NCBI GenBank assembly: GCA_022813865.1
Contig: JALDZX010000018.1
Span: 62,001 to 126,000, forward strand
Direction: 5' to 3'
DNA: 64,000 nt
DNA from: Xylographa opegraphella
Lineage: Eukaryota
Below the pieces are notes generated by a model that saw only the letters and a program-made list of their open reading frames with translations, did no database searches and was not told the DNA's origin. A program made the position numbers and the translations under genes. Positions 21,685-32,074 of the stretch are shown in pieces (the stretch's first letter is position 1; the number at the start of each line of letters is the position of its first letter).

Positions 21685-22173
21685 ATATAATTTTGTGTTG
21701 CGGTTGAAAAAGTGGTCGTTGTAGCTCCGAAGTGCAAAGCACGCAACGCGCCCAGCCATTCTGCAGATTCGCTTGCACACTACTAAAGAAAATGATATCT
21801 TTGAAGCCCAACCCGAACGCTATAGACTAATGCAATCTTTTGAGACATGATGAGCACTGATGCTCCCGTTCTCTCGTATCTTCTCATAGCCTCAATAGAC
21901 TGGTTACGACGAATCTGTGTATTGATAGGTCGGAGTCGTGAGTGACCCGTGTATCTAAACCCTAATTGACAAAGTCAACACCGAGTTATGCGTCATACTC
22001 TTGCACCATAAATTCGCCCCCTTCTCGCGGTGCCTGCATTTCCATGCCACAATATCAATGTACAACTGCATATTATTACCATATCTTCATGCCAATCGGC
22101 AGCTAGTGTAGATGATCCTACGAATATAGAATAAATCTTGCCACTTGGCAGCAAACGTGACCCCGCGATTCTC

Positions 22174-24421
22174 ATGGCTCATGGCACTCAGAGACAGACT
22201 CCGCAGGAGCGGCGCAAAGGAGAGTCTGTAAGTTATTGTCGTCCGCATTGCAGGTGAGCCTCACTGAGAAGTTCAATCAGGCTCTCAGCGAATTCGCCGA
22301 CTATGTCGAGAAACAGCAGTCTCGCCGGCCGCATCCCGCCCGTCCAAGTTCCATTGCGCCAAGCGACAGTGGCTACTCCACACTGAGTGTGACTACGGAG
22401 GACCACGCTGAGCTTGACATACTTGACTCTCTGAATCTCTCGGAAATCTCTGCGCATGTCAAACTGAAAGACTTGCTGCTTGACACAACTGCAAATGCCG
22501 ACGATATCCTACAACAGCTCAGTAATGTACTGCAAAGCCGCATACTGGAGGGGCATGGCGAGGCGCTGTTTGATCTGGGACAGGAAGATAACGGGGAGTC
22601 CATGGGGTTCTCGAAGGAGCAGTGGGATGTCGCGTTGGACAGGATACGGCTAGCTGCTACAATGCTCAAGGCGGATTATCGAATACTAATGACCCGCAAT
22701 GTTGGAGGTAATGAGGAAGTCGGCCCGGTAAACGAGAACGACAAATCGGCGACCGGGAAGATCATGATACGACTGAGACCTGAGACAGTGGAGGATGTTA
22801 TTGAGACCAGGATCGCAGTGGTAGGGAATGGTCAGTGAACAGACTCTACTATGAGCGAAATCAATGCTTACTTTCCCCAGTGGACGCTGGGAAAAGTACT
22901 ATGCTTGGAGTCTTGGTCAAAGGAAACCTTGATGATGGGCGAGGGAAAGCACGAGTCAACTTGTTCCGCCACAAGCACGAAATTGAAAGTGGTCGGACTA
23001 GCTCCGTGGGAATGGAGATCATGGGATTTGACACTCGCGGCGATGTTGTAGCTTCAAATGTTCCCGGCCGGAAACTTTCATGGGAGGAAATTGGCAACAG
23101 ATCCGTATGCTATTGTCTCCCAGTCTTGTAGCGGTACTTACATTTATGCAGGCCAAAGTTATCAGCTTCACGGATCTTGCGGGTCATGAACGTTACCTCC
23201 GCACTACTGTTTTTGGTCTTCTAAGTAGCAGTCCAAACTACTGCTTACTCATGGTTGCAGCCAATAATGGCTTGATCGGCATGAGCAAGTGAGTCTGGCT
23301 GGGCGGCAAGGAGAAATATAGTTTCTGACTTGGCGTCACAGAGAACACCTTGGGATCGCGCTGGCACTTAATGTCCCAGTAATGGTGGTCATAACAAAAA
23401 TAGATATCTGCCCTCCGCACATTCTTCAGAACACTATTACGCAGCTCACCAGAATATTGAAGTCTCCCGGGGCCAGGAAGATCCCGATATTCATCAAGAA
23501 TCGGGAGGATACCATAAACACGGCCACTCAGTTTGTCAGTCAACGCATCTGTCCGGTATTCCAGGTCTCGAACGTGACTGGGGAGAGCCTTGACCTAGTA
23601 CGGACTTTTCTGAATATCTTGCCTCATCATGGGCATTACGATGCTCATGCACCTTTTGAGTTTCATGTCAATGACACTTTCTCCGTGCCGTTCGTGGGCA
23701 CTGTTGTATCCGGTGTCGTCAAGAGCGGTATGTATAACGCGGAATCAGAGATATTCGAATAGAATTGACCAGGATTAGGAGTTATACATGCTGGTGACCC
23801 CGTTCTTATTGGCCCTGATTCTCTTGGTCAATTCACCACGACACACATTCGGTCCATCGAGCGAAAGCGAATACCCGTCCCGGTCTGCTCTGCTGGACAA
23901 TCAGCTTCCTTTGCATTGAAACGGGTGCGACGGAAAGAGGTCCGGAAAGGGATGGTAGTGCTCCCCAAGCTCGACACTCCACCCAAAGTGTACAGAGAAT
24001 TCGTGGCTGAAGGTGCGACTGAAGCTCAGAAGAACCTTGATGCAGAACTGATCATGACACAGTCCTCATCCTAAGCCACGCCACCACCATCAAGACGAAA
24101 TACCAAGCGATGCTGCACGTCGGGCCTGTGTCCCAGACCTGTGCCATCATCGATATTGACCGGGCATTCATCCGCACTGGTGATCGCGCCACAGTCGCAT
24201 TCCGCTTTGTACAACGGCCGGAGTACCTCGCGGCCGGCGATCGAATACTCTTCCGCGAGGGAAGGACTAAGGGACTTGGCATCGTCAAGTCTGTAGGATA
24301 TGATCCGCTGAAACCGCTGAATCCAAACGCCTCGAAAGAGCAGGATGCAGATGGGACGACTAATGTAGATATGAATGGGGCAGCAAATGGGACCACGGGT
24401 GGGACGGCTTCCGGATCGTGA
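22174..24421 (+). CDS. GTPBP1: GTPBP1/2-like translational GTPase (EF-Tu/eEF1A superfamily); introns 22228-22280, 22831-22880, 23105-23151, 23289-23341, 23728-23778, 24013-24062
   Basis: [67 protein letters not shown]. Confidence 0.92.
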
Positions 24422-25326
24422 GTTCTCACCTGGGCGGTTTGAAAGTTTTGAATAGCAAGGGTGCATGGCGGAGGCGTTGATAGGTAAGCTGGTGGTTATT
24501 CGGCTCGTAGTGTATCGCTTTATTCTAGTTTTAACAAATACAAATGATTATTCTTCTCCGAGTCTCGTATACTATTAGCTATTCTCGAATCGGCCCTCTT
24601 TGCATGATACAAAATGTCGAAGCTCACCCATGAATTCTCTTTAGTTGTCTCAAATAATCAGTGCAGAAGCTGCATTCCACTCGCTTAACGTTCCCTATAT
24701 GAAAGAAGTCATGCGAGGGTGTTCGCCTATTGATTTCATCATCATTTAATGGTCAATCAGTGCCGCAGTATTAATCGCGAGAGAGAACCGGCTTCATTCG
24801 ATACGGAAGGCCGTCAGTCATCTTTAATAATATACCTACTATAAAGTATGCCAAATAATTCCCACCTTAATCAAGGTTATATTCCATTACATTGCGGCGC
24901 ACAGGCAAAAATCCAATTGATGACTCCGTCGTCCCCGTAAGTAATATCACAGCTCACCGATAGAAAACACAATCCCGTCGTCGTCCGGTGTCTTTCCACC
25001 GACCCCTTTCCAGGCCCAAGCTTCAGGTTCGACCGTGTTTTACCGATTCAGCTCCACCTATGTCCAGCATAGGCAGACTTGGACGCCGAACCCAGAGCTG
25101 GATGGCTTTCTAGTGCGTATGAAGCACGCCCGGTGCGCTGTGCCCGTTTCCCATACGGGTGTCAGGAAGTTTCAAGTGCCCTCTTTGCGGCACTGCTGTT
25201 GATAGGCACGGTGATGCCTCTTACGATGTTTTGCAGACGATGAATGCGCACTGTGTCTCATCCGGCGACAATATTACAGCTGAGATTCAACAATTAGGAA
25301 GAGATCATGACATTATGTGTATCAAT

Positions 25327-25836
25327 CTAGATGGACAAAGATGCAAGCTTACCTTCTAAGCCCAATCCTCCCGACTCGTCACTCACTGATGAACCATCGC
25401 TCGAGTCCATTTCGTCAGCACTCGTCGCCGGCGGTTTAACGTCATTCACCTCCACCGGGTACGCAGCCATTTCCGTGATCTTCAGCGCGACGTGAACCTG
25501 GCTCCCTATGGTAGCCCAATACGCCCGCGTCCACCCGGACTTACGTTCGGTAGCTATGTCCTTTTGGAAAGTGCCGCGGTCCGGGCCGTACGAGGCTTTG
25601 TTGTAGCCCTGCACTTTCTGGATGTAGTTCTCCGCTTGTGCCATCGCCTGGCTGTGAGTGAGGGACGCGGAGTGCGTATACGCGTGTGGGGGCAGGAACA
25701 TCGTTTTTCCGGGGTTATAAGTAATGTGCAGGACGAAAATGTGGAGGGGTTTGGGGCAGGGGATTGTGGATTCCGTAGCCATCCTTCGCTCAGGAATAGG
25801 ATATATGGTACCGTTTGTAATACACGGTTCAGACAT
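25327..25836 (-). CDS. Orphan 169-aa protein with an acidic Ser-rich tail
   Basis: ATG-initiated ORF with C/G-ending codon bias and a TATA-like sequence at about 25971-25977. No family recognised. Confidence 0.5.
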   Translation of the reverse strand: MSEPCITNGTIYPIPERRMATESTIPCPKPLHIFVLHITYNPGKTMFLPPHAYTHSASLTHSQAMAQAENYIQKVQGYNKASYGPDRGTFQKDIATERKSGWTRAYWATIGSQVHVALKITEMAAYPVEVNDVKPPATSADEMDSSDGSSVSDESGGLGLEGKLASLSI

Positions 25837-26443
25837 GTGTGTGGTGTGTGGATATGTGTAGGATGTGTAGCGGCCAGATTTGTGGTCTGTGGTAGACTAT
25901 AAAGTTGATTGGAAGGAAATATAAGCTGTGGTATCAGTTGTTGATCGAGCAAAGAAGTAAGGAAGTAAGTATATATACTTGACGATTGATACAATGAGCC
26001 CATAGTCAGCCAAGACCGGCTTTGTTCAGACCTGGTAGACAATACCCAGCTAGATATAAACATAAAGAAGGCATTGATAGAAGTCACATTGACTGAAGAA
26101 CAGCAACAGACAAAGGTCTGTACGACAATGCGATGAGCAACTGACACACAACAATGAACAACACACCAGCCAAAGGCGGGGATAGTGCCTCAAGGAACTC
26201 CAGCATAACAACACACGTGATAGAGTTCAAGTATTAACTTTGAGGTGTGTTTACTATGTGTTTGTTCTCGCACCCTCGTGCCTCCTCTGTCCATTAAATA
26301 TCTGCTTTCTGAACCGAATCGATTCAACTCGATCTCTCCAACTTGACAGGTTGCTTCGAGTGGGTACCCGCTCTACCTGTAGTAATCAGCACCGAACAGT
26401 ATGTAAAGTGGCTGTCCACTCTTTCCGCTTTGCTTCCTTAGCC

Positions 26444-27349
26444 ATGGACGACGTACGCTTACCACATGGACTGGCTACGAGATCTTCGCACGATAAGCCT
26501 GGAGTCGACACTCAACCCTTTCTATTCTTGCATCTCCCAGAACAGTTGAGGCTTCTAGTTATTGAACAGCTCCTCTGGTTTCCCAAGCCTGTTTCGGTGT
26601 TCCGTCCTGATATGTTGCTTGATTGGTCCTTGAGTCCATTCCCGGATGAGCTGGTTGCGTTACGGATGACCTCAAGACAGATGAAGGACGAGGCGGACCA
26701 TGTCTTCATGTCCTGCAATCACTTTCTTGTACACAGCTTGTCAGATCTCACGTTCATCTGTAGCAAGGCAAACGAGTTCTTCTGTTGCTCTATACGACAT
26801 CTGATTCTGGGCCGGCATGCTTTTGTGGTAACACAACTCGAGGAGACGCTCGGTTATATTCACCAATCATTCCACACCACCAAAGTGCTTGCTTCTCTTG
26901 GCAAATTTTCATTTCTGCAGACCCTCAAGATCACATTGCCGTGGGAAGAAAACGGTCTCAGTAATCCGGAATTTGAAGATCTCATCGACTTCTTTGTATT
27001 GAACATCAGAACCAAGAAGCTCATCATAACCCGTCCAGACATCGAGTTTCTTATTCCTGGGAATACCGGCCATACTGAGGAATTCTCTGTTTCTCGCGGG
27101 TCGGAATTTACCTTCTTTGCAGAAATTTTAAGAGCCCACCCCCAGGGATATCAGTATCCGATCAACACCTTGGCAATCTTAAGCAACGACGTCACTCATA
27201 TACGCCGCATTAACAACAGTAGCCAGATCCTTGGTAAAGAGCTGTGCCTTCTGCCAAGTCGTGTGATGCTACGACTTAGCAATTGGTTGAACGGGGGAAC
27301 GCATCTTTGTAATGAAATAGTATGGGAATCTGACCTCGACTTAGACTGA
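26444..27349 (+). CDS. Hypothetical protein with an F-box-like N-terminal motif
   Basis: ATG in gccATGG context; PFLFLHLPEQLRLLVIEQLL...ALRMTSRQMKDEADHVFMSCNHF, the same motif type as the 1888-2646 locus. Confidence 0.65.
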   Translation: MDDVRLPHGLATRSSHDKPGVDTQPFLFLHLPEQLRLLVIEQLLWFPKPVSVFRPDMLLDWSLSPFPDELVALRMTSRQMKDEADHVFMSCNHFLVHSLSDLTFICSKANEFFCCSIRHLILGRHAFVVTQLEETLGYIHQSFHTTKVLASLGKFSFLQTLKITLPWEENGLSNPEFEDLIDFFVLNIRTKKLIITRPDIEFLIPGNTGHTEEFSVSRGSEFTFFAEILRAHPQGYQYPINTLAILSNDVTHIRRINNSSQILGKELCLLPSRVMLRLSNWLNGGTHLCNEIVWESDLDLD

Positions 27350-28559
27350 AAACGGGGCAACATGCATGAATCGCATTCTTACTTGACTGATATCATTGTG
27401 ATGGAAGATGAAATACGAAATAGGCAGTTCAGTCAAAGTGATAACAGACATAGAAAGCAAGCATAATCGACTGCCAGTGCAGTCGAATCAGTAAATGTGC
27501 AAAAGGGAATCGACTTGGACGCATGCCCCAGATGCACTGTGAGCGATAGTCTGTATATGCTGTAGGCGTATGCAACGAGTGCTAGGGTGACTGATATAAG
27601 GGGCACTCTGAGTGAAAGCCAGAAATTGAGTTTCAAGATTGCCAAGCTGGGTAAGCAACTTCGTAATAATTGAAATTGATTGGCGTGGAAGCACTTGGAG
27701 GGCTTGACTAGAGATCGTGAATAGTTTTGACGACCGCTTCGGTACCGAACAGACAGTACGAAGACAAGGCGTGAACACAAAGAAACTTTACCGTTGTAGC
27801 TGATCCATCTAGGCCCAATAAGAGTCGAACAATAACCTCATTGAACTTCTCTATGTAATATCTGCTCCCAGAATACCCTCAATACTGGAACAAGCCACCT
27901 GCAGAATCTAGAAGGTGTAGTGTCATACAGCCTTTACACCAGAAGCTTCCCTAAGCGTCTTGGGCGTGTCTATTTGCGCGCAGCTCACGAGTGATTGACC
28001 ATGAAGACCTACATACCTTAGCTCAGTCGTCGGATGGAGACTAAGATAGGCATGGTTGCCAAAAAACGTTTGCTCCTGTTGGTGATCTATGAAGAATTTC
28101 GTGAATTGTTGCTTTGTCATGAAACTCACTACCTTGTCTCCGCTCATCCTACCCTTCAATGAGGCCTCGCACTTCCTTCGGATTTAGTCGTAGCAGAAAT
28201 TACAGAGAGCCTCTGCTTGCGCTGTCAAGTCTTGTTGAAACAATGGGAACAAAGCCCGACAACTGCCAAGGCGAGGTCACATGCCGATAGCGACGATAAC
28301 AGGACGTCTGACGTCACACGGCACAACTAACCCCTCGAAGTGGCTTTGGCGGTGTTTCCCTACAGGCAAAACACCCCTCCACTAATTACATAGTATTATT
28401 ACGTGCCTGCCTCTGTGAATCAATCAGGTTTCGATTCCATCATAAAACTCTAGTCAAGACCGTCTCTTCGACTCCTCGTCAGTTTGTTCCTCGTCTCATA
28501 AATCCTAAAGACTTATCCCAAACTCGACCAACTATCAACCGCTTCAGCTACGCATCATC

Positions 28560-30269
28560 ATGGAGGGCATTACCAACACCATTAAAGGCTTCGTGTCGAA
28601 CAACGGCAATCAGACACAATCCGGTTCGGAACCCGTTTCTGGACAGACTGGGAGCGGCACCACTGGTCAGCCATATGATGCTGGGAACACGTCAGGTAAG
28701 AGCCTCATGTGTGTGTCTTGAGCATTTCTACCATATGTTGGCGTCTTTCTCTTTGGGGCCGTTCGAGGCTCTACAACTCTAGACTCTTTGGACGTGTCCA
28801 CCTGCCAGCCAAAGCATTGTAAGTACTCAGTTTCTGGTGCTTGCTCCCCACAAGTTCTTGGGCTGCCTTGCACGTCCCGGAAGCAGTTATGCTTCAATCG
28901 GCATCTTCCGTTCGTCTCATCAAACCATAGACTGACATGTTTTGTCACCAGGCAAGGATGGGTCGAGCGCAACTGAGAACCAGGACGGCGGCCCAGCACG
29001 AGTTGGAGTGGATGCAATTGACGGCGCGGATACCACGTATTCGAGCTCGCGCGCTATATCACAATGATCAGCTGCATATGGCACGATACCTTACCACAAA
29101 TAGAGTACCATGAACGAAATGCCATAACTTGTTTTTAACAGTACTGGATTAGATAGACACTACCACTAGGACTTCTCAATCAAAATAGCCTACATAGTCA
29201 TTTAACGTCACTTTCCATGAATTTATATGCTAACCGCTTCAATTGTGTACAGGCCAGTCTGGGTCAACTGGTGAAGCGCTCGGATCCGCTGACACCACTC
29301 TGGGACGTCAATCGGGCACTAGTATGACTGGTGGAAGCTTGGGCTCCTCCGAGAACACCTTGGGACGTCAATCTGACAATACGAGCAGTGGTTATTCCAG
29401 TACAACTGGTACAGGCATGGGCTCCTCTGACAGCACACTGGGACGTCTATCCGGTAGCACCGGCGATAATTCCGGGACAATGGCGGAAAGTTCGTATGAT
29501 GCTCCGAGCAGTAATGCTCAATATGCCAGTAGTGGTGTGAACCCCTTTCTTGCTGAAATTGGTGCTGGTAAATCCGATACCACTACTGGTAGTTACTCTG
29601 GCATGCATGCGCCACTTCAGAATGACAATGCTCCTTCTGACAGCGCCATCCCTGATCGATCGGCGGATGCGGATTATGCGACCAAGACGTCAAACACGGG
29701 GGTGCATAGCAATACAACTGGTGATGCCACTGGGGCTCAAACAGGTACTGCTGACTATGGCACTCGATCTCAGACAGGATCCTTCGATTACGCCACCGGT
29801 GCTCAGACAGGAACGGGTGGTTATACTTCCCCATCCAAGAACAGCCAGAATGTTGAATCAGAAGCTCAGGAACCACCCCGTCCGCAATCGGAGGTGGAGG
29901 ATCCATCTCGTGGTAAACAATCCGATGACATCAAGAGTGACCAGGACAAAAAGGACAGTGCTCCAGAAGACTCCTCCGAGACCAAAGAGCACAAAGCTCG
30001 AGGTGAAACGTGGACAGGAGCATCCTGGGTGAAATTTGATAAGGTCAACGCCGGCGATCCCGAAATTTCTTCCGGTAAAGAGCTTGAAGGTAAGCGGTAC
30101 ATATGCGAGGGTCTGGCTTAGCTAATCAGGTCACTTCTTAGATCAAGAGTTGGCCGCAGAAAAGGCGAAAGCTGACGCAGCTCCGAAAGCCGCTGATACC
30201 CCAGTACATAAAGAAGGTATGAAAGAGAAGCTGGCAGGCGAGCTTCACATGGGCCACCACAAATCTTAG
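28560..30269 (+). CDS. Hydrophilic Ser/Gly/Thr-rich low-complexity protein; introns 28696-29252 (557 nt) and 30090-30141
   Basis: Exon 1 encodes MEGITNTIKGF...EPVSGQTGSGTTGQPYDAGNTS and splices in phase 1 into ORF 29243. The last exon ends KEGMKEKLAGELHMGHHKS*. It resembles fungal hydrophilin / 'glycine-rich cell wall' proteins. Confidence 0.75.
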
Positions 30270-30376
30270 GGTTGCGATGAAGAAAACAGTTCAAACTGTT
30301 TAGCCTTGGCAACCGGACTTTCTCCGTCTTACAACTCTGTTTACGGTGTAGATAGCAAAAGCAGAGGAGTGGCATG

Positions 30377-31617
30377 CTAGAACATCCGTCTTCGATTTGC
30401 AAAATATGCTTTCCACGGCAATTTCCACTCCCTCCTTCTCAGTTCTTCCCGAAATATGTCGAAATCGAGCTTCTGTAACTTATCCAGCCACAGTCCTGTG
30501 CTCACGGCAGGCATCAGTACCCCAAAAGCACGGTCAATGTCCGCCTTCTGCTGCATCAGCTTCCCAGCACTACTGTCATGGCCAGGCTGCCGCTGCTGAT
30601 ATTGATGCTCATCCTCGTCTTCGTGCTCGAATGCGTGCCCTACATCCTTCCCATTCCTCAAATTTTCGAGCATCGTCCTTGCCGTGATCAAATGATCACT
30701 TGCCCTAGTAGCAACCTTGAACACAGCATCACGTAAGCCATCAGCCTCCGCCCCCTTTCGTAGCACATCTTCTTCCCTCAGTCCCACCTCCGCCATTATG
30801 TCCAGTGGCAACGTCACTACGCCTTGCTGCGCTCTACTCCTCTGCTGCTCCACCATTCCCAGTCCTTTTGAGTTTGAGTGGTGGTTCGGTGGAGCCGGGA
30901 ACGCCAGCAGCGGCAGTCCCCGCAACACAGTCACGATGCCTGCCGCCTTACCCACGTGCGACGCCAGGTGGTCGGCCGTGACGCTATGCAGCGGCAGCGC
31001 CTGCAGGGTCAGATACAGCAATGTCGAGTACGTGCTCTCGGCGTACTTCTCCAGATCGACCAGCGTTGCGTACGGGGCATTGTTCAGGTACTGCTCCCGC
31101 GCAGCGATCACCCTCATGAACCAGGATTTGCTGAGCCCGGCGGAACTTTCCGTCCGCAGGGTGGTCAGCACGGACGCGAGCAGCAGGGAGACGGGCTGTT
31201 TGGGCGGCGAGCCCGCAAAGGTGCGATTGATGTTGTCTTTCCAGAACTGCAGACGCAGGGCCCCGACTTGCGGCGTGGAGATCTGGTCGGCAATGCGGGC
31301 GATCTCGAGGTTGAAGGTGCGGATGGCGAGGTAGGCGGGTTGGGCGGAGGCGGGAATGAAGGCGAGGAGAGTGTAGGAGGGGGAATCGTATTTTCTAGAA
31401 AGCTTAAATAAATACTTTGCGGGTACTCTTCAAGGGGGAAGAGAGGATCTTACCGGAGGAGATCGACGCAGTAGGCTTTGGCGGAGGAGACTTCGCTGGC
31501 GGAGGGGCCGTCGGAGGCTGTGGCGCTGTATCCGGATACTGTTGACAGTGATCGAGACAGACGGATGTTATTTTCTCTGTGCGCAATAGAATAAGTCCGT
31601 ACCCGGAGAGAAAACAT
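30377..31617 (-). CDS. NDUFAF6: Complex I assembly factor NDUFAF6 (squalene/phytoene synthase-like fold); intron 31395-31453
   Basis: Presequence-like N-terminus, AKAYCVDLLR|KYDSPSY, AYLAIRTFNLEIARIAD, LEKYAESTYSTLLYL, ADHLASHVGKAAGI, VFKVATRASDHL. Confidence 0.9.
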
Positions 31618-31952
31618 TATAAGGAATTGAGATGCAAGACGTCAACAATTGATAGTACAGAAAAAATGCAATAAAGTGCAATCTCTAGGATACATTTCTT
31701 TGCCTACACTTTCTTCCCATTGATACAGATGAGAACATACTGAACAGCCAATATCGAGACCTAGGGAGAATATGATATAGGAAAGCGGTAAGGTCTGGAT
31801 GGCTCCTTATGGACGTAGAGTTACGGGTACACATCCGGTCTAATTTGATTGATGACGCCTGACTCTTCTTCCTCCTCGGGCTCTGGCTGCAATCATGTCG
31901 CTATCTGAAGTATACTTGAGAATGCGCGGCATTTATCTGAACGCTTAAGATG

Positions 31953-31969
31953 TTCGCGTTAAGTCGCGT
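31953..31969. promoter_or_regulatory. Tandem MCB-like (ACGCGA on the minus strand) elements upstream of RAD5
   Basis: ttcgcgt 31953-31959 and tcgcgt 31964-31969; a further tcgcga at 32068-32073. Confidence 0.4.
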
Positions 31970-32074
31970 CGTCCCCAAGTCGAGGGAACCTCCATACAAC
32001 CATTTGCGGCCAGAGACACTTTTCTCTCATTAGACCTCTCGACATAGCCGGAAGGCCTCGAATATAGTCGCGAG

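Noticed and set aside
21955..21965. Telomere- or telomerase-template-like CTAAACCCTAA (also GGTTAGGGCTAAGG at 9441-9454)
   Set aside because: Single degenerate units with no array and no pseudoknot or CR4/5 context; expected by chance.
22228..22280. Internal CAG|GTGAGC in GTPBP1 intron 1, suggesting a twin or recursive intron
   Set aside because: The sub-introns would be only 26-27 nt, and the first has no branch point.
25094..25235. Resemblance of GCTGGATGGCTTTCTAGTG to the 5' end of yeast SRP RNA
   Set aside because: It lacks the UGUAA Alu motif and a recognisable helix-8 motif, and a T-run comes too early. Kept only as an unassigned hairpin cluster.
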